Shown here: positions 9,934 to 18,147 of the stretch, in pieces
Position numbering within the stretch: position 1 is the first letter of the stretch
Layout of the letters: each line of letters begins with the position of its first letter
Virus record (IMG/VR): IMGVR_UViG_3300046804_006442
Span: 1-56,448 of that record
DNA length: 56,448 nucleotides
Strand: one strand, 5' to 3'
Source of the DNA: a virus
Taxonomy: Duplodnaviria > Caudoviricetes
Position numbers and translations under genes: made by a program
The notes under the pieces: generated by a model
Told to the model about the DNA's origin: nothing
Database searches by the model: none
Seen by the model: only the letters and a program-made list of their open reading frames with translations

Positions 9934-10695
9934 ATGAAAAAGGGATCGTATAGTCATCAGGAATTTATAGAGAAAGTCGCTAAAGTCAATCCTGATATAA
10001 AAATATTATCAGACTATCTAGGAATGGATCATCAGGTAATGATTGAGTGTAAACATCAAGGTACTACAAATGTTTATGCTTATAGATTACTCAAACCCAA
10101 TAGGCATTGTTGTAAACAAGGGTATTATGAAAGTAAAAAAGGTAAAAATAAAAAGACGATCGAAGAGAGGATAGATCTATATCAACATAAAGTAGATCAT
10201 AATATATCCTTCGAACATGTTTTTTTGTTAGATGATCAAAAATTACATCATCTATTCTGCCAAACACATAATATGTATTTTGACCAATGGTTTGATTCAT
10301 TACGTAGAGGTATAGCTTGTCCGGAGTGTGGGAAAGAAAACAAAAGGAAAGCTGGAATCCGGATGTTGGGTGTTGCTAGGAAACATCAGGTCAACAAAGG
10401 AAAAGCTAAGTTTATATCTAAAGCAGAAACATTATGGTTAGACTCTCTTTCTATTCCTATTAGGCAACATTGGCTCGAGGATGTACAATATTCGGTAGAT
10501 GGTTTTGATCCATCTACTAACACTGTATATCTTTATCATGGTAGATTTTGGCATGGATGCTTAGAAACATATGATCCAGAAATGATCCATCCTATATTGA
10601 AAGTGAAAATGAAACAGTTATTTGAGAGAACTATGGAGTGGGAACATAAGATTCTAGGAGCAGGATATAACCTAGTAACAAAGTGGGGCAAATAA
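9934..10695 (+). CDS. free-standing homing endonuclease-like protein (Zn-finger + Vsr/DUF559-like nuclease)
   Basis: Markedly AT-rich relative to flanks; CPEC, SKAE, VDGFD, YHGRFWHG. Confidence 0.7.
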   Translation: MKKGSYSHQEFIEKVAKVNPDIKILSDYLGMDHQVMIECKHQGTTNVYAYRLLKPNRHCCKQGYYESKKGKNKKTIEERIDLYQHKVDHNISFEHVFLLDDQKLHHLFCQTHNMYFDQWFDSLRRGIACPECGKENKRKAGIRMLGVARKHQVNKGKAKFISKAETLWLDSLSIPIRQHWLEDVQYSVDGFDPSTNTVYLYHGRFWHGCLETYDPEMIHPILKVKMKQLFERTMEWEHKILGAGYNLVTKWGK

Positions 10696-10714
10696 CCTAG
10701 ATGGAGAATCTGAT

Positions 10715-11113
10715 ATGTTTGATCTGATCAAGAAGTGGCGCCGTAAACGCGCTAAACCAGAACCTCAAGTTCGACCAGCTGAGCCCAAACCGGCGCCAAC
10801 CAAGTCGGCCAAAGAACTGGCCACCGAACGTGGTGAGCCCTGGGTCGAGATTATCTCCATGGATATCGATCCCAATAACCTGCACCAGGGTAGCTTTGAA
10901 CTGGACTGGAACGAGATCTTCGTGGCGCGTTTGGTCAAGGCCGGTTACATGATGAAACCCACAGACACCGATGCTGAGATCGTGGATCGCTGGTTCCAGA
11001 ATGTATGCAGACATGTGGTCATGGAGACCTGGGAACAGGAAGAAGCCATACGTAATTCGGGCATATATGTACAGTCCCGAGACATAGGTGGAGGAAGGAG
11101 CGAAGTTTCATAA
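10715..11113 (+). CDS. conserved phage hypothetical protein
   Basis: GGAGA SD; GSFELDWNEIFV..IVDRWF. Confidence 0.75.
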   Translation: MFDLIKKWRRKRAKPEPQVRPAEPKPAPTKSAKELATERGEPWVEIISMDIDPNNLHQGSFELDWNEIFVARLVKAGYMMKPTDTDAEIVDRWFQNVCRHVVMETWEQEEAIRNSGIYVQSRDIGGGRSEVS

Positions 11114-11169
11114 ACTAAACTGATCTACCAGCAACAGACAAACTGTACCAAAAACCTAGGAAGACCATT

Positions 11170-11571
11170 ATGAGCAAAACTGATCTGCAAGCAAAGCAAG
11201 CAAGAGACAAACTGCGCCATGAACGAGCAACCGTAAAGGACCAATGGGGATATACCTGGGATGAACGACGAGCAAAAGAGAAACTGCGCCATGAACGAGC
11301 AACTGTAAGAGACCAATGGGGATATACCTGGGATGAACGGCATGAGTTGGAATGTATGTACCCGGGCGCAATCACTAATGATTTAAGGGTCAAGGGTGAG
11401 CGGGCTACCCGTGTGAAACGAGCCAAATTTGTAGGCAAATCCGCCGATGGGCTAGAATGGGTGTATCATGTGACCTTGAAAGACGGAACCAAAACACAGG
11501 TTTTTTACCATATCGATAGAACTAAACCGTATAATCCATTTATTTGTCGGCGAGTTGATTTTGGCACGTGA
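11170..11571 (+). CDS. hypothetical protein with 24-aa internal duplication
   Basis: KLRHERATV(K/R)DQWGYTWDER twice. Confidence 0.65.
   Translation: MSKTDLQAKQARDKLRHERATVKDQWGYTWDERRAKEKLRHERATVRDQWGYTWDERHELECMYPGAITNDLRVKGERATRVKRAKFVGKSADGLEWVYHVTLKDGTKTQVFYHIDRTKPYNPFICRRVDFGT
11209..11340 (+). repeat. 72-bp-period tandem duplication (2 copies)
   Basis: AAACTGCGCCATGAACGAGCAAC..GACCAATGGGGATATACCTGGGATGAACG at 11209 and 11281. Confidence 0.9.
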
Positions 11572-11786
11572 TCATTTGGGCTCGTGGCATCATGACCGAA
11601 GTTGAACTGCAGATTCCATTTGGTCAGGCTTGTGAACTTGCCGAGGAAATCTTCGGCACCAAATCACTTTATTACCTGCACAGTCAAGCAGGCTCACGCG
11701 ACTGGGTGGTACGGCAGAGAGAAGGCCGTGTTTTTCTCCGAATTCGCGATCCCCGGATGGCTACATTTTTCCTACTACAAACATGA
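11568..11786 (+). CDS. small hypothetical protein
   Basis: GTGA/ATGA coupling; C-terminal DPRMATFFLL. Confidence 0.6.
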   Translation: MIIWARGIMTEVELQIPFGQACELAEEIFGTKSLYYLHSQAGSRDWVVRQREGRVFLRIRDPRMATFFLLQT

Positions 11787-12337
11787 TATTCAACAAAATC
11801 AAAGAACTCAAGACCCAGGGCAAGCGAGTGGGCATCACCTTTAGCACGTTTGACATGCTGCACGCCGGACACATAGCCATGTTGAGCGAGGCCAAGAATC
11901 ACTGCGATTATCTCATCTGCGGACTACAGACCGATCCCACCATCGACCGTCCGGACACCAAAAATCGTCCAGTGCAGAGCATAGTGGAGCGACAGATACA
12001 ACTGGCCGCGTGTCGTTATGTGGACGAGGTAGTGGTATACCAGACCGAGCAAGACCTAGTGGACCTCTTACTGATACTGCCCGTGGATGTGCGTATCCTG
12101 GGCGTGGAATACCAGGACCAGAACTTTTCTGGACGATCAGAGTGCGAAGGCCGCGGCATCGAGATCGTGTATAACGGCCGTGATCACAGCTTCAGTTCCA
12201 GCAGTCTCCGCAAAAGGGTCGCACACGCCGAGACCGAGCGTGCGCTCAAGTCCGAACCTGATCTCGAAGGTGATCTCATGTACGATACCGTGATAGATCC
12301 CGCAACCTATCTTCCAAAAAAAATACTGCGCCGATGA
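11783..12337 (+). CDS. cytidylyltransferase (TagD-like)
   Basis: FDMLHAGH (HxGH), YVDEV, SSSSLRKR. Confidence 0.88.
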   Translation: MIFNKIKELKTQGKRVGITFSTFDMLHAGHIAMLSEAKNHCDYLICGLQTDPTIDRPDTKNRPVQSIVERQIQLAACRYVDEVVVYQTEQDLVDLLLILPVDVRILGVEYQDQNFSGRSECEGRGIEIVYNGRDHSFSSSSLRKRVAHAETERALKSEPDLEGDLMYDTVIDPATYLPKKILRR

Positions 12338-13059
12338 TTCTCTATGTCAACGGCGACAGCCATACCGCAGGGGCTGAAGCAGTCAACCCCGCTGCATTTG
12401 CCGAGGATGACTGGCGCTATCAAGATCTAGGGCGCCGTCCACACCCGGACAATCTAGCTGTGAGTTGGTGCACGGTGCTGGCCCGTGATCTAGCATGGGA
12501 TCTGGTGTGCGATGCTGAGTCGGCCAGCAGCAATGACCGTATCATCAGGACCACTCGCGATTGGTTGGATCGCAAGGATATCGATCCCGACAAGACCTTC
12601 GTGATCCTGCAATGGAGCACCTGGGAAAGAGAAGAGTGGTTTTACCAAAACCAATGGTATCAGGTCAATGCTTCAGGGCAGGATTCGGTACCACTTGCAC
12701 TACAGGCACGCTATCGAGAATTCGTGATGGATGTGGATTGGCGAGCCAAGACATACCAAGCGCACGCCAAGATCTGGGAGATGCATCACCTGCTGAAACG
12801 ACGATCAATACCGCATGTGTTTTTCAACGGCAACAACTGTTTCGATCGGATGGATTGTGCGTTTGACTGGGGCGATCACTATCTATCCCCTTACCATGCC
12901 CAGGGAACCTTTCATTCTGTGCTGACCCAACAGGGGTTTTCTCCTGTAGATTCAAGCAGTTATCACTACGGGCCAGATGCCCATTGCTTTTGGGCCAGAT
13001 ATATGTTACAATACATGCGTTCTCATAACCTTTTGGACACGCCATGCGATATCTCTTGA
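12334..13059 (+). CDS. SGNH/GDSL-like hydrolase
   Basis: YVNGDSH, SASSNDRI, QWSTWER, terminal H(Y)GPDAH. Confidence 0.65.
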   Translation: MILYVNGDSHTAGAEAVNPAAFAEDDWRYQDLGRRPHPDNLAVSWCTVLARDLAWDLVCDAESASSNDRIIRTTRDWLDRKDIDPDKTFVILQWSTWEREEWFYQNQWYQVNASGQDSVPLALQARYREFVMDVDWRAKTYQAHAKIWEMHHLLKRRSIPHVFFNGNNCFDRMDCAFDWGDHYLSPYHAQGTFHSVLTQQGFSPVDSSSYHYGPDAHCFWARYMLQYMRSHNLLDTPCDIS

Positions 13060-14045
13060 TTGACACTGCCAATATGTTTTTCCGGGCCCGACACGTGGCT
13101 TTCCGGGCATCCGACCCCTGGGAGAAGGTGGGATATGCATTGCACATCACTCTCAGTGCCATCAACAAAGTGGCCCGAAAATTCTCAGCTGATCATGTGG
13201 TATTTGCCCTAGAGGGGCGTAGCTGGCGCAAGGATCACTATGCACCCTACAAACGCAACCGTGCTGATGCCCGTGCTGCCATGTCCGAGACCGAAGCCGA
13301 AGAAGATCGACTGTTCTGGGAAACATACGACAAATTCACGCAGTATCTCAACGAGGGCACCAACTGCTCGGTCATACGCTGCGCCACAGCCGAAGCCGAT
13401 GATGTGATAGCCCGCTGGATCGCGCTGCATCCCCAGGATCATCATACCATCGTGAGCTCGGACACAGACTTTGTGCAGCTCTTGGCCGAGAATGTGGATC
13501 AATACAACGGTATCTCCAACGAGCTGCTGACACTGGCCGGTGTGTTTGACGATCGCGATCGTGCTGTGATCGACAAGAAGACCAAAGCACCCAAACAAGT
13601 GGGCGATCCAGCCTGGTTGTTGTTTGAAAAATGCATGCGCGGCGACAGCAGTGACAATGTGTTTTCGGCCTATCCCGGCGTGCGCACCAAGGGAACTCGA
13701 AACCAGATCGGGTTGATGGAAGCCTTTGCCGACAAGGACAAGAAAGGGTTCAACTGGAACAACCTCATGCTGCAACGCTGGACCGACCATGACGGGGTTG
13801 AGCACAAAGTGGGCGTAGATTATGAGCGTAACTGCCAACTGATAGATCTCACTGCTCAACCCCAGGAGATCAAGGACGTCGTGGATCAGTGCATCCGTGA
13901 ACAGATCAGCCATCGTGACGTGGGGCAGGTGGGCGTAAGATTTATGAAGTTTTGCGGTAAGTTTGAATTGAATCGAGCCAGCGAGCAAGCCGAGCAATAT
14001 GGACGCTGGCTGAATGCAACATATCAAGGAGTACTCAATGATTGA
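13044..14045 (+). CDS. T4 RNase H-like 5'-3' exonuclease/flap endonuclease
   Basis: LIDTAN, SWRK..YK.NR, EADD, SSDTDF, GDSSDN. Confidence 0.9.
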   Translation: MRYLLIDTANMFFRARHVAFRASDPWEKVGYALHITLSAINKVARKFSADHVVFALEGRSWRKDHYAPYKRNRADARAAMSETEAEEDRLFWETYDKFTQYLNEGTNCSVIRCATAEADDVIARWIALHPQDHHTIVSSDTDFVQLLAENVDQYNGISNELLTLAGVFDDRDRAVIDKKTKAPKQVGDPAWLLFEKCMRGDSSDNVFSAYPGVRTKGTRNQIGLMEAFADKDKKGFNWNNLMLQRWTDHDGVEHKVGVDYERNCQLIDLTAQPQEIKDVVDQCIREQISHRDVGQVGVRFMKFCGKFELNRASEQAEQYGRWLNATYQGVLND

Positions 14046-14487
14046 AGCCAAACCCGTGGTAGCCAACCGCTACTGGATATTGAAGCGAGATGATCGCAAG
14101 GTAGGTACCGTAGAAGCCGATTCGCAGGGTTTCCAAGTACGTATCGATGGTGAGACGCAACGATTCCGTACCATACCCATGGTAAGAAAACAAACTGATA
14201 TCGATTTCCAACCTGAATTCCAGACCACGCGAGCCCCGCGTAACCTGGTGCATGGATTTGATGCCGGTTGCCGGGCATACAGTGCCATGTGGGATGTAAG
14301 GCGTCATCTGCCCCTGTTTACCAAGACTGCCAAAAGCAAGAGCTGGTATGCCGCGGGCTGGTATCGTGTGCAACAGCATCGTCGCTGGAGCGTGATGCAT
14401 AATCCCAAGCTCATCATCCTGGATCGTTATCAATTCCAAGGTCCATTCGCAACCAAGGAGCAAGCCAATGACCGACCTCTTCCGTGA
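14038..14487 (+). CDS. conserved phage hypothetical protein
   Basis: AGGAG SD; LPLFTKT.KSKSWYAAGWY, PKLI.L.RY.FQGPF. Confidence 0.75.
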   Translation: MIEAKPVVANRYWILKRDDRKVGTVEADSQGFQVRIDGETQRFRTIPMVRKQTDIDFQPEFQTTRAPRNLVHGFDAGCRAYSAMWDVRRHLPLFTKTAKSKSWYAAGWYRVQQHRRWSVMHNPKLIILDRYQFQGPFATKEQANDRPLP

Positions 14488-14836
14488 TCAAGGTGTGTTT
14501 ATGCAGGCCTGTGGGCAAACCGTGGGCAAAAATAACAAATCACAGTTTGCTCTCTACTGCGATCTCATCGAAGAAGAGCACAAAGAGTTGACTGAAGCGG
14601 TCGAGCAGAATGATCGGGTGGAACAATTAGATGCCCTGATCGATATCCTGGTCGTGACCATAGGTGCTATCCATAGCATGGGAGCCGATGCCGAAGGCGC
14701 CTGGCGTGAAGTCATGCGTACCAATCAGGCCAAGATTGATCCTGCCACAGGACTGGTGCGCCGGCGCGAAGATGGCAAGATTCTCAAACCCGAGGGTTGG
14801 CAACCTCCCAACATCAAACCCTACGTCCATGATTGA
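14468..14836 (+). CDS. MazG/PRA-PH-like nucleotide pyrophosphohydrolase
   Basis: LIEEEHKEL, DALIDILVV, EVMRTN, REDGKILKP. Confidence 0.85.
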   Translation: MTDLFRDQGVFMQACGQTVGKNNKSQFALYCDLIEEEHKELTEAVEQNDRVEQLDALIDILVVTIGAIHSMGADAEGAWREVMRTNQAKIDPATGLVRRREDGKILKPEGWQPPNIKPYVHD

Positions 14837-15269
14837 ACCACTGCGTGACGATCTCATGGTGCAGGAGCAGCTACCTGCAGAGCCGGGTAGTCGTACCTGG
14901 GCTTGGCAGCACATGGTGGCCGTGATCATGCTGAACCAGACCGGCAGGAAACCAGTCAAGACCGTGCTGCCCACATTCTTGTCGCGATGGTATCAGCCCT
15001 GGGATCTATTCATAGCCGAGGATAGCGATATTCAAGATGTGATCTGGCCGCTGGGGTTGGTCAACGTCCGTTTGAAGCGCCTGCGTCGCATGACCGAAGA
15101 TTTTTTAGACTGGGATGATCAATTGTGCGATGCCCAAGATCTCTATGGTATCGGCAAATACGGATCCGATAGCTACGAGATTTTTTACCGTCATAATTAC
15201 TCGGTGACGCCCACCGACAAAGAGCTGCGCCGCTATCTGGAGAAACTACATGAGCCTGCACATACATAA
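14829..15269 (+). CDS. HhH-GPD DNA glycosylase, MBD4-like
   Basis: VIMLNQT, PLGL, LYGIGKYGSDSYEIF, PTDKEL resemble the MBD4 glycosylase domain. Confidence 0.8.
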   Translation: MIEPLRDDLMVQEQLPAEPGSRTWAWQHMVAVIMLNQTGRKPVKTVLPTFLSRWYQPWDLFIAEDSDIQDVIWPLGLVNVRLKRLRRMTEDFLDWDDQLCDAQDLYGIGKYGSDSYEIFYRHNYSVTPTDKELRRYLEKLHEPAHT

Positions 15270-15474
15270 ATTCATAGATCTGGTGCGAGCCACAGAATCA
15301 CGTGGCCAGCGAGATCTGCACATGCCCCTGAAAGACGCCCGGGATCTGCATGCCGATATCACTCGCTTGCTGACCACGCTGGAAGATCTGCGCCGAGGCG
15401 CACCCGCCTCACAGCAGCCGCAAGACCAGATCATAGAACTCGAAGTCACGGGCGGTAGCTTCAAAAACACGTAG
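15250..15474 (+). CDS. hypothetical protein
   Basis: GGAG SD; overlapping operon arrangement. Confidence 0.7.
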   Translation: MSLHIHKFIDLVRATESRGQRDLHMPLKDARDLHADITRLLTTLEDLRRGAPASQQPQDQIIELEVTGGSFKNT

Positions 15475-15496
15475 ATTTTGGCATAAATACTGGACC

Positions 15497-15799
15497 ATGA
15501 GTCGTCCCAAACCCAAAGTCTTGATCGAGCATACCGACCGGCAGACCTATAAAACCGAGCAGGTGCTGTCAGCCGAAGGTGTGTGGGCCGTGTTCTTCCA
15601 AGGACAGCCTATCAATCTCAAGACGCACAATCTCTTGGTACAATATCCGGGACCAAAGTACAAGAAAGTATCGTTCAGCAATCCCGGACATGCTATCAAT
15701 CTAGCCCGCAAACTCAACACTCAATTCCGCACCAGTGATTTTACTGTGGTTCTCCTGAAGGCCGGAGAACAGGTATATCCCAATGCCCAGCAAGCTTGA
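15497..15799 (+). CDS. conserved phage hypothetical protein
   Basis: MSRPKP..PGPKYKKVSFSNPGHA; TAAATA upstream. Confidence 0.75.
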   Translation: MSRPKPKVLIEHTDRQTYKTEQVLSAEGVWAVFFQGQPINLKTHNLLVQYPGPKYKKVSFSNPGHAINLARKLNTQFRTSDFTVVLLKAGEQVYPNAQQA

Positions 15800-16148
15800 G
15801 TTCACCCAGCAGGCCATAGAAAAGCTGGGGCGCGATACCGAGTGGTTGACCGAACATGGCCTTCGAAAATGGTGGAGAAATGTCCTCGGTGAGGGTCTCC
15901 AGCTTTCTATAACCGGATACAGCATCTTCCGCCAAGCGGGTTTTGAATCGTTTGAGTTTGAACTGCAGAACTCAAACCTATCATCTAGAGCACTGTTGGT
16001 CATGGATCGCAAGATCACCCAGCCCTGGGCCTTCGTGCGGAACCGCACAGGTAAACCCAGCTTGGTATTGTTTGGCAGCGCCGATGCCATGATGCTGACC
16101 TTGTATGGTGATTTTGCAGCCTGGATCAAGAGTTTGGATCATAAATAA
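15783..16148 (+). CDS. hypothetical protein
   Basis: Overlapping operon arrangement. Confidence 0.65.
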   Translation: MPSKLEFTQQAIEKLGRDTEWLTEHGLRKWWRNVLGEGLQLSITGYSIFRQAGFESFEFELQNSNLSSRALLVMDRKITQPWAFVRNRTGKPSLVLFGSADAMMLTLYGDFAAWIKSLDHK

Positions 16149-16166
16149 AATATCATTTAGGAGAGT

Positions 16167-16541
16167 GTGATGTCTGCAATATGGAAACAGCTCTGGAAAA
16201 TCGAACCTATTGTCGATATTGATTCGTTGACGCCCGAAGAAGTCAACCAACTATTCGTATCTTTGCGTGGTCGCGAGGTGAATACCGCGATCTCGGACAA
16301 TTCCGCCGAGAAGATCTACCAAAACAAAACGGACCATGACAAATGGAAGTTTGAGGTTGATATGACCAATCGAGTCATGCTACGTTGCCGGGAATTTGTT
16401 GATTTGGCAAGCGCCGAATCCCATCGCGCATGGCATGAGACTTCCCATGGTACTGTGTTTCCAGAATCAGGACCGGCATGGTTTACTCTGATCCGGTATG
16501 AGGTATTGGACGATACTACCCTAGATCAAGTCACAGTATAA
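16167..16541 (+). CDS. hypothetical protein
   Basis: AGGAGAG SD; TAAATA upstream. Confidence 0.65.
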   Translation: MMSAIWKQLWKIEPIVDIDSLTPEEVNQLFVSLRGREVNTAISDNSAEKIYQNKTDHDKWKFEVDMTNRVMLRCREFVDLASAESHRAWHETSHGTVFPESGPAWFTLIRYEVLDDTTLDQVTV

Positions 16542-16627
16542 TTCCAGATCAGTCGACAAAGAAATACTTTTCCCGTAGGCTGTATAAATAAACCGTGCAA
16601 CACTGTTGACTTTTGGTAAAACACAGG

Positions 16628-16656
16628 TTGACGCGGTATAAATAAACCAGTAACAT
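16628..16656 (+). promoter_or_regulatory. sigma70-like promoter overlapping a TATAAATA motif
   Basis: TTGACG-17 nt-TAACAT; TATAAATA at 16637-16644. Confidence 0.55.
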
Positions 16657-16666
16657 AGAGCACATA

Positions 16667-16813
16667 ATGATTTCAAAACTTTCACATATATCGAAACTCG
16701 GGCACTTTATGCCATCATGCCAACCCACATGGGCCGGCTTGGTGCTGGATTATACCCGTGGAATCGAGAATAGTGCGAGTCGGGGGTCTGAGTGTGCAGA
16801 TAGGGACAAGTAG
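16667..16813 (+). CDS. putative attenuator leader peptide (48 aa) MISKLSHISKLGHFMPSCQPTWAGLVLDYTRGIENSASRGSECADRDK
   Basis: Hand-translated; codons 7-37 are 31 different codons covering all 20 aa; contains antiterminator segment GGGGTCT. Confidence 0.6.
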   Translation: MISKLSHISKLGHFMPSCQPTWAGLVLDYTRGIENSASRGSECADRDK

Positions 16814-16835
16814 CAAATAATCCCAAAATGGACAT

Positions 16836-16875
16836 AAAAGACCCCAGGACTAAACACCCTGGGGTTTTTCGTTTT
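16836..16875 (+). terminator. intrinsic terminator/attenuator
   Basis: AGACCCCAGG-9 nt loop-CCTGGGGTTT followed by T-rich tail. Confidence 0.8.
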
Positions 16876-16899
16876 AGTATCAAGTATTTGCAGTCAAGG

Positions 16900-16928
16900 T
16901 TGACAAGTAACATGTGATGCGGCATAAT
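16900..16928 (+). promoter_or_regulatory. sigma70-like promoter
   Basis: TTGACA-17 nt-CATAAT. Confidence 0.6.
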
Positions 16929-16989
16929 TGCACCACGCTAACAACGTGAGGTAATGATTGCAACAGAGTCAACCTGGTAACAACGTAAC

Positions 16990-17180
16990 AAGTGTGAGGG
17001 AACGCGACCCTGCCGGCACTCAAAACATCGGCTGTAATGTGGGCGGCCTACCGGATGAGAAGTTCCTGGCGATAACGGGAATGGTAAAAAGGTAGCGTAA
17101 TAAAGCATATAGGGCTGGCGACTAAGCCGGGGAGAAATCCCAAACTGTATGCTTTATTACACACATTCTACGGAGTGTGT
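16990..17180 (+). ncRNA. unassigned structured RNA at head of tRNA array
   Basis: Several stems, including a perfect 13-bp GTAATAAAGCATA/TATGCTTTATTAC and an ACACATTC-TACG-GAGTGTGT hairpin; no ORF. Confidence 0.45.
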
Positions 17181-17190
17181 TGAACGATTT

Positions 17191-17283
17191 GGGTGTCTTG
17201 ATGCTATGGCGTGTGCATCCCCGGACTGTAAATCCGGTCCCTCGTGGTAAACAATCGCGGTTCGAATCCGTGGACACCCACCA
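17191..17283 (+). tRNA. tRNA-Tyr(GTA)
   Basis: GGGTGTC/GACACCC acceptor, CCGGA-CTGTAAA-TCCGG, CCA. Confidence 0.88.
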
Positions 17284-17288
17284 AAATT

Positions 17289-17375
17289 AGGCTTGACTAG
17301 AAATGGTTTCTTACTCTCACGAAGACCGGTCACTACATGAGAGAGTAGGTGGTTCGATTCCACACTAGCCCACCA
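17289..17375 (+). ncRNA. tRNA-like RNA without clear anticodon
   Basis: T-arm GTGGTTCGATTCCAC and ACCA end; TACTCTC/GAGAGTA stem. Confidence 0.45.
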
Positions 17376-17449
17376 AATCAATACGGCGCGTAGGAGACCC
17401 TCGCGATCCGGATACTTCCGGATGATTCTCTTACAGCCGGACCTTTTAT

Positions 17450-17526
17450 CGGTGTATAGCGCAGCCTGGCAGCGCGTCGGTCTGGGGGACCGAAGGTCGT
17501 CGGTTCGAACCCGGCTACACCGACCA
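17450..17526 (+). tRNA. tRNA-Pro(GGG)
   Basis: Cloverleaf, TCGGT-CTGGGGG-ACCGA, CCA. Confidence 0.93.
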
Positions 17527-17534
17527 ATTTCAAT

Positions 17535-17612
17535 GGTGACTGTCAGCAAGCGGCCTAAGCCTGCGGACTGTGACTCCGCAATTCGTGGGTTCGAATCCCA
17601 CCAGTCACCCCA
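17535..17612 (+). tRNA. tRNA-His(GTG)
   Basis: G-1/C73, GCGGA-CTGTGAC-TCCGC, CCA. Confidence 0.93.
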
Positions 17613-17619
17613 AAGATTT

Positions 17620-17715
17620 GCTCCTCAGCACTCGGCGTGCGGCGCGCCCTTATAAAGCGCGGAGACCGGTCAGATGGGCTGGAACGGCAGGGTTCGAAAC
17701 CCTGGGGGAGTACCA
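17620..17715 (+). tRNA. atypical tRNA, TAT anticodon (Ile by anticodon), long variable arm
   Basis: GCTCCTC/GGGGAGT acceptor, short GCAC/GTGC D-arm, CTTATAA loop, T-arm, ACCA. Confidence 0.7.
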
Positions 17716-17726
17716 ATATAAAATAT

Positions 17727-17803
17727 GGCCCAGACGCATAAATGGTGGTGCACCGGTCTCCAAAACCGGATAAGAGGCGGTTCGATCCCGTCCTGGGTCG
17801 CCA
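17727..17803 (+). tRNA. tRNA-Trp(CCA)
   Basis: CCGGT-CTCCAAA-ACCGG, CCA. Confidence 0.92.
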
Positions 17804-17808
17804 TTTTT

Positions 17809-17884
17809 GCCCTTGTAGCTCAGTTGGCAGAGCAGCGGTTTTGTAAACCGAAGGTCGGGAGTTCGAGACTCTCCGGGGGCACCA
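17809..17884 (+). tRNA. tRNA-Thr(TGT)
   Basis: Cloverleaf, TTTGTAA loop, CCA. Confidence 0.93.
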
Positions 17885-17892
17885 ATTTTATC

Positions 17893-17968
17893 GCCAGTGT
17901 AGCTGAGATGGATTAGCGCCTGCCTGAAGAGTAGGAGGAGGTTGGTTCGATACCAACCGCTGGCACCA
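17893..17968 (+). tRNA. tRNA-Phe(GAA)
   Basis: CCTGC-CTGAAGA-GTAGG, CCA. Confidence 0.92.
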
Positions 17969-17977
17969 ATATCAAAT

Positions 17978-18052
17978 GGATCGTGAGCAGCTGGCGCAGG
18001 CGACTGGCCCTTCAAGCCGGGAAGAGGAGTTCGAATCTCCTACGATCTACCA
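17978..18052 (+). tRNA. atypical tRNA-Glu(TTC) with C33
   Basis: CTGGC-CCTTCAA-GCCGG, T-arm, CCA. Confidence 0.75.
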
Positions 18053-18056
18053 ATCG

Positions 18057-18132
18057 GTTCCCATCTTCTAGAGGCCTAGGAAAACCGCCTTTCACGCGGT
18101 CAACGGGGGTTCGAATCCCCCTGGGAACGCCA
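18057..18132 (+). tRNA. tRNA-Glu(TTC)
   Basis: ACCGC-CTTTCAC-GCGGT, CCA. Confidence 0.93.
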
Positions 18133-18147
18133 CTACAAGGAGAGATC

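Noticed and set aside
11209-11340. Possible CRISPR array (also considered for 37442-37570 and the long-stem family)
   Set aside because: Only two copies or irregular spacing, no repeat-spacer periodicity and no cas genes.
17050-17100. Hammerhead ribozyme from CGGATGAG
   Set aside because: The core should be CUGAUGA with a downstream GAAA in register; neither fits.
17978-18052. Reading the CCTTCAA loop as a UCA (Sec/opal suppressor) anticodon
   Set aside because: A 5-bp stem with a 7-nt loop centres TTC, and there is no Sec-type long acceptor or V-arm. Kept as atypical Glu, though a role in UGA read-through cannot be fully excluded.
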